From the NCBI RefSeq assembly GCF_009914755.1, contig NC_060933.1: 64,000 nt of DNA; one strand, given 5' to 3'. The DNA comes from the human T2T-CHM13v2.0 reference genome, Homo sapiens. Under the pieces are notes generated by a model. It was not told the DNA's origin, did not search any database, and was given only the letters and a program-made list of their open reading frames with translations. Positions 1 through 12,594 of this stretch are shown in pieces (within the stretch, counting starts at the first letter, position 1; each line of letters opens with the position of its first letter). Made by a program: the position numbers and the translations under genes.

Positions 1-84
1 GTAGCCAATGGTTTGGCTGGATGGCCAGAGACTTGGAAGAAGCATGACTGGAAAATTGGTGACAAGAAAATTTGAGGAAGAGGT

Positions 85-956
85 ATGTGGATGGACCTCT
101 CTGAGTGGTCAAAAACTGTGAAGATATTTGTATCCCATATGAGTGCTCACCAATGGGTGACCTCAGCAGAGGAGGATTTTAATAATCAAGTGGATAGGAT
201 GACCTGTTCTGTGGACACCACTCAGCCTCTTTCCCCAGCCACCCCTGTCATCACCCAATGGGTCCATGAACAAAGTGGTCATCATGGCAGGGATGGAGGT
301 TATGCATGAGCTCAGCAACATGGACTTCCATTCACCAAGGCTGAGCTGGCTATGGCCACTGCTGAGTGCCCAATTTGCCAGCAGCTGAGGCCAACACTGA
401 GCCCTCGATATGGCACCATTCCTCAGGGTGATCAGCCAGCTACCTGGTGGCAGGTTGATTATAGTGGACCTCTTCCATCATGGAAAGGGCAGAGGTTTGT
501 CCTCACTGGAATAGACACTTACTCCAGATATGGGTTTGCCTACTCTGCATGCAATGCTTCTGCCAAGACTATCATCCATGGACTCATGGAATGTCTTATC
601 CACTGGCATGGTACTCCACACAGCATTGCCTCTGACTAAGACACTCACTTAACAGCTAAAGAAGTGTGGCAGTGGGCTCATGCTCATGGAGTTCACTGGT
701 CTTATCATGTTCCCCATCACCCTGAAGCAGCTGATTGATAGAACGGTGGAATGGCCTTTTGAAGTCACAATTACAATGCCAACTAGGTGACAACACTTTG
801 CAGGGATGGGGCAAAGTTCTTAAGAAGGCCATGTATGCTCTGAATCAGTGTCCAATATATGGTACTGTTTCTCCCATAGCCAGGATTTACAGGTCCAGGA
901 ACCAAGGGGTGGAAGTAGAAGTGACACCACTCACCATCACCCCTAATGACCCATGA
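85..956 (+). pseudogene. HERV-L integrase remnant
   Basis: ORFs 85-309, 352-639 and 735-956 are consecutive pieces of an ERVL integrase split by stops (307-309, 637-639) and a frameshift near 735. Confidence 0.9.
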
Positions 957-979
957 GCAAAATTTTTCCTTCCTGTTTC

Positions 980-1459
980 CACGACATTATGTTCTGCCAG
1001 CATAGAGGTCTTAGTTCCAGAGAGAGGAATGCTGCCACCAGGAGACACAACAATAATTCCATTAAACTGGGAGTTAAGATTGCCACCTGGACACTTGGGC
1101 TCCTCCTACCTTTAAGTTAACAGGCTAAGAAGGGAGTTACAGTGTTGACTGGGGTGATTGACCCAGACTATCAAGATGAAATTAGTCTACTACTCCACAA
1201 TGGAGGTAAGGAAGAGTATGCATGGAATACAGGAGATCGATTAGGGCATCTCCTAGTATTACCATGCCCTGTGATTCAGGTCAATGGGAAACTACAACAG
1301 ATCAGTCCAGCCAGGACTACAAATGGCCCAGACCCTTTAGGAATAAAGGTTTGGGCCACTCCACCAGGAAAAAAACCACAACCTGCTAAGATGCTTGCTG
1401 AAGGCAAAGGGAATACAGAATGGGTAGTAGAAGACGGTAGTCATCAATATCAGCTATGA
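980..1459 (+). pseudogene. HERV-L dUTPase remnant
   Basis: LPPGDTTIIPLNWELRLPPGH and VTVLTGVIDPDYQDEISLLLHNGG downstream of integrase, the diagnostic ERVL arrangement. Confidence 0.85.
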
Positions 1460-1800
1460 TCACATGACCAGCTGCAGAAATGAGGACTGTAATTGTCATG
1501 ATTATTTCCTCCTTCTGTAAAAACCTGTTTGTGCATGTATATATTTGTACTAAGAAAATATCTTCATTTTATTTCCTGTTTACTTTATCATGTGACATGA
1601 GATTTATTGACTTCACATCAGCATTCAAGTATTGTTAACTTTATGTAATAGTATTTGAGTTGGAGACTGGTACATTTATGGTTGTATGAAGGAAGGATAG
1701 TTGTATTATGTTAGGCATAATTATGACCTTATTATTGTCTTTATTTGAAGATTATGATCTCACGAGATGTGTATGGGTTCAAGTTGGCGAGGGGTGGACT

Positions 1801-2508
1801 TCTGATGGTTAATATTGAGTGTTAACTTGATTGGATTGAAGGATACAAACTTTTGATCCCATGTGTGTCTGTGAGGGTGTTGCCAAAGGAGATTAATATT
1901 TGAGTCAGTGGGCTGGGAAAGGCAGACCCACCCTTAATCTGGGTGGGCACAATCTAATCAGCTTCCAGTGTGGCTACAATATAAGCAGGAAAAAACATGT
2001 GAAAAGAGAGACTGGCCTAGCCTCCCAGCCTACATCTTTCTCCCGTGCTGGATGCTTCCTGCCCTGGAATATTGGACTCCCAATTCTTCAGTTTTGGAAC
2101 TCGGACTGGCTCTTCTTGCTCCTCAGCCTGCAGAGGGCCTATTGTGGGACCTTGTGATCATATGAGTTAATACTTTAATAAACTCCCCTATATATATATT
2201 TAAATACTTAATAAACTCCCATATACATATGTGTATATATGTGTGTGTATACATATAAACTAAGATATATATACTAATATACTTAATAAACTCCCCTTTA
2301 TATACATATGTAAATACTTAATAAACTCCCATATGCGTATGTATATGTGTGTGTATATACATAAACTAATAAGATATATATACTAATATACTTAATAAAC
2401 TCTCCTTTATATATATATACACTTAATAAACTCATATATATGTATGTATAAACTAATAGGATATATATCCTATTAGTTCTGTCCCTCTAGAGAACCCCGA
2501 CTAATACA
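1801..2508 (+). mobile_element. MLT2A (MLT2A1/A2-type) 3' LTR of HERV-L
   Basis: Starts t(c)tgatggttaatattgagtgttaacttgattggattgaagg and ends gtccctctagagaaccccgactaataca, matching MLT2A ends. Lengthened by an internal AT-rich array. Confidence 0.9.
2168..2470 (+). repeat. Compound tandem array in the LTR: six ttaataaactc units separated by TA/TG microsatellite, about 110-bp higher-order period
   Basis: 2201-2310 resembles 2311-2420. ttaataaactc occurs near 2175, 2208, 2283, 2318, 2392 and 2423. Confidence 0.85.
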
Positions 2509-5500
2509 CCAGTGTATATATGTCCCTCATTCCTACCATTCAGACATCACCTCAGGTAGCAGTTGGGGGAAAGGGGATAAGAGTATGATGTGGATGTATG
2601 GCAGCTTTCCAGGACAAGTTTCCTTGAACTAGCTTTGAAACATTACAGAAAGAAGAAGCTAGAGTTAGAAGCTCAGTTTGTGAGACTCCCAGATCAGTAA
2701 GTCCTTGGGAGCCCAGTGACAAAGTGTGTCACAGATGTGGAAGAAAGCTTCCTCTTCTGTATTCTGGCTACTTTAGATTAGACACTATGGGAGTGTACAG
2801 AGACATCATTCTTTGTGGGAACAGTGCTATTCTCAGGATGGCTGATGAGGGTGGTAAGGTTTTCTCAGCTGACCCTGGAAAGGTGACGTGAGCAATGGGG
2901 ACTGGATTATGAACAAAAGGAGGGTCTGGTCTCTGCATAGGACTTTCCTTATATAGCATATATGTGAGGGATCTCTTTAATACTTTAATAATGGGACAGC
3001 TTGAGGGGAACGCCAAGTTCTTCTGACTATACCAACCAGGCCTAAGAAGACAGAAGACATTTGTGCCTCATGTTTTATGTACACAAATCACGTGTTTTCA
3101 TTTATTTTAGGAGAAGTTATTGTGCTGGAGAAGCATCACTCACTGAATTGGACATTGTTAGACATTCACTTAGGACAGGTAAAAACTGTGAGGGACTGTA
3201 ACGAATGTGGGCAACATTATTTCACTGCAAGAGCTTTTATCACCCTGGACTCTTGTGGATGTACATCAATGACTGAGATTCCAACCCCCTGTCTCACAGG
3301 TGAATCCAGCCTATCAGAAGCCAGCAATATCCTGGCTGCAGGTGGCACGTGGGTGTTCTTTATATCAGCTGTCAAAATTCAATTATTATGCTGTGCTCTT
3401 GAAGCATTTTATAAAGATCATAGATCAAGTGAGACAGTGGATTACCTGGGGGTAACAACTAATAATATACTCAAAGCACTAAAAAAGGGCCAGGGCCAAG
3501 ATGGCCGACTAGAAGCAGTGACAATCAGAGGCTCCCATCAAAAAGAACCATAATAAGCATGTGACTTCTGCACTGGCAACCAAGGTATTCAGGTTCTCTC
3601 ATCAGAACTGACTAGGCAGCTGGCATGATACATGGTGAGGAAGAAAGAGCAGTGGGGTACAGCAGCCCACCTGAGAGGCACATGGGGCAGAGGAGTCCCC
3701 AACCCCCTATCCATAGGAGGCAGTGAGTAAGCGTGCTACCCAGCTGGGGAACACATGCTTTTTCCACAGAACTGTGCAACCCACGGATTGAAAGATCCCA
3801 CTTGTGAACCCTCACCACCCGGGCCTAGGGACCAAACCCTGGAGCTGCACAGATTCTCAACAGCCTCTCAGCTAGAATCTACTTAAATCTGCTGTAATCC
3901 TGGGGTGGGGGGAGGGGCAACCAGCACCACAGCTGTGGCTTCCTGCTGTCTAAGCCATTTGAGCTCCTTGAAGGAGGAGCAGCAGCCAGCACTGGGTCTC
4001 ATAACTGCCTAACACACTAAGCTCCCTGGGCAGGAGAAGGGCGGCATCCATCTCTATAGCTCCAGCCTGTGCTTTTCCCCTGCTGGAGCCAGGAAGGCTA
4101 GATGGCTTGGTTCAAAGAGTTGTCCCCCACAGCCCAACACACTGGCTGTGGCAGATTGTGGCCAGAGCTCCTCTTCAGGCCTGACTCTGACCCATCCTTC
4201 CCCACTGGGCAGGGCCTCCCTGTAGCAACTCCAACAACTCCAGCCAGAGGCTCAGGGCCAGAGCCCTGATCTCCCTGGCTCTGACTCCCTAGGGGGAGGG
4301 GTGGCCACAGTCTCTGTGGATCAGCAGACTTAGCCTTTCCTCCTGGTGGTTCTGAGGAATCTGGGCAGCCTAGACAAGTGTGTTTCCCCTCAGGGAAGCA
4401 CACTCCCTCTACCAAGGGACAGTCAAAGTGCTTTGTTAAGTGGGTCCTGTTCCCCACGCCACCCAACTGGGTGAGACCCTCCAACAGAGGTTGGCAGACA
4501 CCCCGTATAGGAGCAAACCTACTGGCATTAGATTGGTGCTCCTCAAGGTCAGAGATTCCCAGAAAAAGGAGCAGGCACCCATCTTTGCTGTTCTCCAGCC
4601 TCCCTGAGTGACACCTCCAGGTATGGGCATGAACCAGATGAATAGGGCCGGAAGTGAACCCTGGCAAAATGCAGCAGCCCTACAGAAGAGGGACCTTACC
4701 ACTGCAATAAAAGCAAACAAACAGAAAGCAAAAACAAGAGCATCAACAACAAAAAATAGTTTCCATAAAATCCCCATCCAAGGGTCAGCAGCCTCAAAGA
4801 TCGGAGCTAGACAAACTCATGAAGATGAGAAAGAATCAATGAAAAAAATGTTGAAAACCCAAAAGGCCAGAGTGCCTCTTTTTCTCCAAATGATTGCAAC
4901 ACCTCTCCAGCAAGAGTGCAGAACTGGACAGAGGATGAGTTGGACGAATTGACAGAAGTAGGCTTCAGAAAATGGGTAATAAAAAACTCTGTTGAGCTAA
5001 AGGAGCATGTTCTAACAGAATGCAAAGAAGCTAAGAACCTCGATGAAAGGTTAGAGGTGCTAACCTGAATAAAAAGTTTAGAGAGGAACATAAATGACCT
5101 GAAGGAGCTGAAAAACACAGCACAAGAACTTCATGAAGCATATACAAGTATCAACAGCTGAATTGGACAAGCAAAATAAAGGATATCAGAGTTTGAAGAC
5201 CACCTTGCTGAAATAAGGCATGCAGACAAGATTAGAGAAAAAAGAATGAAAAGGAATGAACAGAGCCTCCAAGAAATATGGGACTATGTAAAAAGACCAA
5301 AACTACGAATGATTGAAGTACCTGAAGGAGATGGGGAGAAAGGAAACAAGCTGGAAAACAAACTTCAGGATCTTTATTATCCGGGAGAACTTCCCCAACC
5401 TAGCAAGACAGGCCAACATGCAAATTCAGGAAATACAGAGAATGCCACTAAGATACTCCACGAGGAGATCAACCCCAAGACACATAATCATCAGATTCTC

Positions 5501-6480
5501 CAAGGTCAAAATTAAGAAAAAAATGTTAAGGGCAGCCAGAGAGAAAGGCCAGGTCATGTACAAAGGGAAGTCCATCAGACTAACAGCACACCTGTCGGCA
5601 GAAACCATACAAGCCAGAAGAGATTGGGGAACAATATTCGACACTCTTAAAGAAAAGAATTTTCAACCCAGATTTTCATATCGAGCCAAACTAAGCTTCA
5701 TAAATGAAGGAGAAGTAAAATCCTTTCCAGACAAGCAAAGGCTGAGGGATTTCATCACCACCAGGCCTGCCTTGCAAGAGCTCCTGAAGGAAGCCCTAAA
5801 TATGGAAAGGAAAAACCAGCCACTACAAAAACACAGCTAAATATAAAGACCAATGACACTGCATCAACTAGCGTGCAAAATAACCAGATAGCATCATGAG
5901 GACAGGATCAAATTCACACATAACAATACTAGTTTTAAATGTAAATGGGCTAAATGCCCCCAATTAAAAGACACCAACTGACAAATTAGATAAAGAGTCA
6001 AGACCCATCAGTGTGCTGTATTCAGAAGACCCATTTCACATGCAAAGACACGCATAGGCTAAAAATAAAGAAATGGAGGAATATTTACCAAGCAAATGGA
6101 AAGAAAAAAAAAAGTAGGGGTTTCAATCCTAGCCTCTGACAAAACAGACTTTAAACCAACAAAGATCAAAAAAGACAGAGAAGGGCATTACATAATGGTA
6201 AAGGGAACAATTCAACAAGAAGAGCTACCTATCCTAAATATATATATGCACCCAATACAGGAGCACCCAGATTCATAAAACAAGTTCTTAGAGATCTACA
6301 AAGAGACTTAGACTCCCATGCAAAAATAGTGGGAGATTTTAACATCCCACTGTCAATATTAGACAGATCAACAAGACAGAAAATTAACAAAAATATTCAG
6401 GACTTGAACTCAGTTCTGGATCAAGTGGACCTAATAGACATCTGCAGAACTCTCCACCCCAAATCAACAGAATATACATT

Positions 6481-6765
6481 TTTGTTGTTGTTGTTGTTGC
6501 TCGGTTGCCCAGGCTGGAGTACAGTGGCATGATCTCAGCTTACTGCAAGCTCTGCTTCCGGGGTTCATGCCATTCTCCTGCCGCAGCCTCCCGAGTAGCT
6601 GGGACTACAGGCACCCGTCACCAAGCCCAGCTAATTTTTGTATTTTTATTAGAGATGGGGTTTCACTGTGTTAGCCAGGATGGTCTCGATCCCCTGACCT
6701 CATGATCCGCCCACCTCGGCCTCCCAAAGTGCTGGGATTACAGGCGTGAGCCACTGTGCCCAGCC
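6481..6765 (-). mobile_element. AluY-type element inserted in the L1 endonuclease region, (CAA)n tail
   Basis: gggttcatgccattctcctg and gttagccaggatggtctcgat diagnostics. TSD cagaatatacatt (6468-6480) / cagaatatatgtt (6766-6778). Confidence 0.9.
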
Positions 6766-8970
6766 CAGAATATATGTTCTTTTCAGCACCACATGGCACT
6801 TATTATAAAATCGACCACATAATTGGAAGTAAAACACTCCTCAGCAAATGCAAAAGAACTAAAATCATAACGAACAAACTCTCAGACCACAGTGCAATCA
6901 AATTAGAACTCAGAATTAAGAAACTCCCTCAAAACCACAATTACATGGAAATTGAACAACCTGCTCCTGAATGATTCCTGGGTAAATAATAAAATTAAGG
7001 CAGAAATCAAGAAGTTCTTTGAAACCAATGTGAACAAAGACACAATGTACCAGAATCTCTGGGATAAGCTAAAGCAGTGTTAGGAGGGAAATTTATAGCA
7101 CTAAATGACCAAATCAGAAAGCTATAAAGATCTCAAATCGACACCCTAGCATCACAATTAAAAGAGCTAGAGAGGCAAGAGCAAACTGATCCAAAAACTA
7201 GTAGAAGACAAGAAATAACTAACATCAGAGCAGAATTGAAGGAGATAGAGACATGAAAAACCGTTCAAAAAAATCAACGAATCCAGGAGCTGGTTTTTTG
7301 AAAAAATTAACAAAATAGACAGACCACTAGCTAGACCAATAAAGAAGAAAAGAGAAAAGAATCAAATATACACAATAAAAAATGATAAAGGGGATATCAC
7401 CACTGATCCCAAAGAAATATAAACTACCATCAGAGAATACTATAAATACTTCTATGCAAATAAACTAGAAAATCTAGAAGAAATGGATAAATTTCTGGAC
7501 ACATACACCCTCCTAAGGCTAAACCAGGAAGAAGTCAAATCCCTGAATAGATCAATAACAAGTTCTGAAATTGAGGCAGTAATTAATAGCCTACAAACCA
7601 AAAAAAAAAAAAAAAAAAAAAAAGCTCAGGACCACAGATTCACAGCCAAATTCTACCAGAGGTACAAAGAGGAGCGTTTCTTCTGAAACTATTACAAAGA
7701 ATTGAAAAGGAGGGACTCCTCCCTAACTCATTTAATGAAGCCAGCATCTTCCTGATAACAAAACCTGGCAGAGACACAACAGAAAACGAAAACTTCAGGC
7801 CAATATCCCTGATGAATATTGATGTGAAAATCCTCAATAAAATACTGGCAAACTGAATCAAAAAACTTACCCACCATGATCAAGTCGGCTTCATCTCTGG
7901 GATGCAAGCCTGGTTCAACATATGCAAATCAATAAACATAATCCATCGCATAAACAGAACCAAAGACAAAACCCACATGATTATCTCAGTAAATGCAGAA
8001 AAGGCCTATGATAAAATTCAACATCCCTTCATGCTAAAAACTCCCAATAAACTAGATATTGATGGAACATGTCTCAAAACAATAAGAGCTCTTTATGACA
8101 AACCCACAGCCAATAACATATTAAATGGGCAAGAGCTTGAAGCATTCCCTTTGAAAACCAGTACAAGACAAGCATGCCCTCTCTCACCACTCCCATTCAA
8201 GATAGTATTGGAAGTTTTGGCCAGAGTAATCAGGCAAGAGAAATAAATAAAGGTATTCAAATAGGAAGAGAGGATGTCAAATTGTCTGTTTGCACATGAC
8301 ATGATTCTATATTTAGGAAACCCCACTGTCTCAGCCCAAAAACTCCTTAAGCTGATAAACAACTTCAGCAAAGTCTCAGGATACAAAATCAATGTGCAAA
8401 AATTACAAGCATTCCTTTACACCCACAATAAACAAGCAGAGAGCCAAATCATGAATTAACTCCCATTCACAATTGCTACAAAGAGAATAAAATACCTAGG
8501 AATACAGCAAACAATGGATTTGAAGGAGCTCTTCAAGTAGAACTACAAACCACTGCTTAAGGAAATAAGAAAGGACATAAAGAAATGGAAAAACATTCCA
8601 TCCTCATGGATAGGAAGAATCAATATCGTGAAAATGGCTATATGGTCCAAAGTACTTTACAGATTCAATGCTATTCTCATCAAACTACCATTGACATTCT
8701 TCACAGAATTAGAAAAAACTACTTTAAATTTCATGTGGAATCAAAGAAGACCCTGTAGAGCCAAGACAATCCTAAGCAAAAAGAACAAAGCTAGAGACAT
8801 CACGCTAACTGACTTCAGAGTATACTACAAGGCTGCAGTAACCAAAACAGGATGGTACTGGTACCAAAACAGATATATAGACCAATGGAGCAGAACAGAG
8901 ACCTCAGAAATAACACCACACATCTAAAACCATCTGATTTTCAACAAACCTGACAAAAACAAGCAATGCA

Positions 8971-9191
8971 GAAAGGATTCCCTATTTAATAAATGGTGCT
9001 GGGAAAACCGACTAGCTGTACGCAGAAAACTGAAACAGGACCCCTTCTTTACATCTTATATAAAAATTGACTCAAGATGGGGAAACGATCTCCTATTCAA
9101 TAAATGGTGCTGGGAAAATTGACTAGCCAGCTGCAGAAAACTGAAACTGGACCCCTTCTTTACACCTTATACAAAAATTGACTCAAGATGG
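8971..9191 (+). repeat. About 110-bp tandem duplication within L1 ORF2
   Basis: cctatt(t/c)aataaatggtgctgggaaaa...aaaaattgactcaagatgg occurs twice (8971-9080, 9081-9191). Confidence 0.9.
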
Positions 9192-11012
9192 ATTAAAGAC
9201 TTAAATGTAAAAACCAAAACCATAAAAACCCTACAAGAAAACCTAGGCAATGCCATTCAGGACATAGGCATAGGCAAAGAATTCATGACAAAAATGCCAA
9301 AAGAAATTGCAACAAAAGCCAAAATTGACAAATGGGATCCTATTAAACTAAAGAGCTTCTGCACAGCAAAAGAAACTAGCATCAGAGTGAACAGGCAACC
9401 TACAGAATGGGAGAACATTTTTGCAATTTACCTATCTGACAAAGGTCTAATATCAAGAATTTACAAGGAACTTAAACAAATTTACAAGAAAAAACAAACA
9501 ACCCCATCAAAAAGTGGACAAAGGATATAAACAGACACTTCTCAAAAGAAGACATTTATGGGGCCCACAAACACATAAAAAAAAGCTCAACATCACTGAT
9601 CATTAAAGAAATGCAAATCAAAACCACAATGAGATACCATCTCATGCCACTCAGAATGGTGATTATTAACAAGTCAAGAAACAACAGGTGCTGGCAAGGC
9701 TGTGGAGAAATAGGAGTGCTTTTATACTGTTGGTGGGAATGTAAATTAGTTCAACCATTGTGGAAGACAGTGTGGTGATTCCTCAAGGATCCAGAACCAG
9801 AAATACCATTTGACCCAGCAATTTCATTACCGAGTGCATACCCAAAGGAATGTAAATCATTCAACTATAAAGACACATGCACACATATATTTATTGCAGC
9901 ACTATTTACAATAGCAAAGTAATGGAACCAACCCAAATGCCCATCAATGATAGACTGCATAAAGAAAATATGGTACATATACACCATGGATTACTATGCA
10001 GCCATAAAAATGAACGAGATCATGTCTTTTGCAGCGACATGCATGAAGCTGGAAGCCATCATCCTCACCAAACTAACACAGGAACAGAAGACCAAGCACC
10101 ACATGTTCTCACTTATAAGTGGGAGTCTTACAATGAGAACATGTGGACACAAGGAGGGGAACAACACACACCAGGGCCAGTTGGGTGTTGTGGGGTGAGG
10201 GGAAGGAAATTAGAGGATGAGTCAATAGGCGCAGCAAACTACCATGACACATGTATACCTGTGTAACAAACCTGCATATTCTGCACATGTGTCCTGAAAC
10301 TTAAAGTAAAATTTAAAAAAAAAAAGAAAAAAACTTAAAAAAATGTTGTGCCATATGAGATTATAAGAAGGGTAGAAAATGTCCGTCAGAATAGACAACA
10401 AGTCCCAAAGCTTTTGACCTGGAAGAATGCAGCTTATTTGCTATAAATCTTTTTTTTTGTTGTTGTTCCTAGAGCTTCTTTCACTGGAGCCACTTTGGGG
10501 CATTTTTGTCTTAGTGGATTCATCGATGTTCTAGGTGGCATGAGTGGGTGGGTGGGGTTGGGGATCCAAAGTTAACACCTGTCTCCTTCATGTGATAATC
10601 AGACTAATTTATCATAGCCACAGGGCAATGACAGTTTCTTGGAGGTTTCCTGGAAGTCAGGAAATAGTCTCCTGATGGAAGATGGAATTGCTTCCACCAG
10701 TAGGTACATCAGTGATTTTGTCAGGTAGAGGGGATGGCCTGATATGGCTTACAGGGACAGAAGTTCTTTACTTTTTGAAAATGACTTGGTGTTTTCAAAT
10801 AGGGATAACTAGACTTAGCACCTGGAGAAGTTAATCATAAACAAAATGTACTCTAAAGTACATGTACACATACAAAAATGCTTATTTTAGAGAAGAAAAA
10901 TGACTAGTGAGTTATATCTTATTTTCTCTTTAAAGTCAACCAAACTTTTATCCTTCTTGCCTGAGTACTATGTAAGAATGATGGACTTTTTGTTCTATAA
11001 AGATGAGGATAC

Positions 11013-11143
11013 GGCCAGGTGCAGTGGCTCATGCCTTTAATCCCAATGCTTTGGGAGGTTGAAACCGGGGGATTGCTTGAGGCCAGGTGTTCAAGACCAG
11101 CCTGGGCAACATAGTGAGACTCCCAACTCTTAAAAAAAAAAAC
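11013..11143 (+). mobile_element. Alu left monomer (FLAM_C/AluJ-like)
   Basis: ggccaggtgcagtggctcatgcc...gggcaacatagtgagactc plus A tail. Flanking aaagatgaggat/aaagatgcggat TSD. Confidence 0.85.
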
Positions 11144-11178
11144 AAAGATGCGGATGGTTAGTACATGTTTTCCTAAGA

Positions 11179-12401
11179 CAGTCATGAGCTCTGTAATAAT
11201 GTTTTGGTCAATGACAGACTGCACATGTGATGTTGGTCTCGTAGATTATAATACTCGTAGATTATAATAATGGAGCAGAAGAATTCCTGCTGACATCATA
11301 GCTGTCTTAACCTCATAGTGCAATACATTACCCATGTGTTTGTGGTGATGCTGGTGTAAACAAGCCTATTGTGCTGTCAGTCATATAACAGTATAGTACA
11401 TAAAATTATGCACAGTACATAATACTTGATAATGATAATAAATGACTATGTTACTGGTTTATGTATTTACTACACTGTACTTTTTATTGTCACCTTAGAG
11501 TGTACTCATTCTACTTATAAAAATAAAGTTAACAATAAAACAGCCACAGGCAGGTCCTTCAAAAAGTATTCCAGAAGAAGGCATTGTTATAATAGGAGGT
11601 GACAGCCCCATGTATGTTACTGCACTTCAGACTTTCCAGTGGGACAAGATGTGGATGTGGAAGACAGTAATATTGATGATCTTGAACCTGTGTAGGCCCA
11701 GGGTAATGTGTTTGTATCTTATTTTTTAAACAAAAATGCTTAACAAGTAAAAAAAAATAAAAACAGAAGAAAGCTTATAGAATAAGGCTATAAAGAAAGA
11801 AAACATTTTTGTATAGTTGTGCAATGTGTTTGTGTTTCAAGCTAAGTGTTATCACAAATGAGTCAAAAAGTTAAAAAACTAACAAACTTATAAATTTAAA
11901 AAGTTACAGCAAGCTAAGACTAATTAATTATTGAAGGAAGAAAGTAGCTTTTTATAAATTTAATGTAGCCTAAGTGTACAGTGTTTATAAAGTCCACAGT
12001 AGTGTGTAGTAAAGTTCTAGGCTTTCACATTCACTCACCACTCACTCACTGACTCACCCAGAGTAACTTACAGTCCTGCAAGCTTAATTTATGGTAAGTG
12101 CCCTGAACAGGCGTACCATTTTAAATCTTTTATACCAGTACTTTTATTGTACCTTTTCTATGTTAAATAGGTTTAGATACACAAATACTTTTCATCATTT
12201 TAACTGCCTGCAGTATTCAGTACAGTAACATGCTGTACCAGTTTGTAGTCTAGGAGCAATAGGCTATGCTATAGCCTAGGTATGTAGCAGGCTATACCCT
12301 CTAGGTTTATGTAAGTTCACTCTATGATGTTTACACAAATATGAAATCACCTATAACACATTTTTCAGAATGTATCCCCATCATTAAGTAACACATGACT
12401 G
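11179..12401 (+). mobile_element. Tigger3b (TcMar-Tigger) non-autonomous DNA transposon
   Basis: TIRs cagtcatg...catgactg followed by TA. About 1.22 kb. Internal ttccagtgggacaagatgtgg and cactcactgactcacccagag motifs. Confidence 0.88.
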
Positions 12402-12594
12402 TACCACTCTGACATATGAATATCATGAATTATTAAATTCCATTAAATTATGACTAAGAAAATTAATGTATCTGCATGAAGAATCTATGTTAAATAAAAA
12501 TATTTTTAACATTTATGTAAATAACAATGTCACTTAAAGTCAATTATGTCTTTACAGTAATAAGAATTGGGAAAGGCCCAGCTTTAGGATGTTT

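Larger units (their letters stand above)
1..1800 (+). mobile_element. HERV-L (ERVL) internal region, 3' part of pol (RNaseH end, integrase, dUTPase), degraded; continues off the left edge
   Basis: ORF fragments give the integrase HHCC region (HEQSGHHG...ECPICQQ), core motifs WQVDYSGPLP/GIDTYS/IERWNG and dUTPase GVIDPDYQDEI. Multiple stops and frameshifts. Polypurine tract gaggggtggact lies directly before the LTR. Confidence 0.95.
3487..10343 (+). mobile_element. Full-length older primate L1 (about L1PA8-L1PA10 age), ORF1 and ORF2 disrupted
   Basis: 5' end ggccaagatggccgactagaagcag. ORF1 pieces (RNEQSLQEIWDYVKRP, ENFPNLARQ) and ORF2 EN/RT/C-terminal pieces with many stops and frameshifts. 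3' UTR ...ttagaggatgagtcaataggcgcagcaaac... then A-tail. Confidence 0.95.

Noticed and set aside
4098-5118. ORFs of 103-189 aa on both strands
   Set aside because: They lie within the 5' UTR/ORF1 of the old L1; chance or antisense frames with no cellular homology I recognise.
7600-7623. A-run inside L1 ORF2 resembling a retroposon tail
   Set aside because: Expansion of the native ccaaaaaaagc run; no TSD or inserted body.
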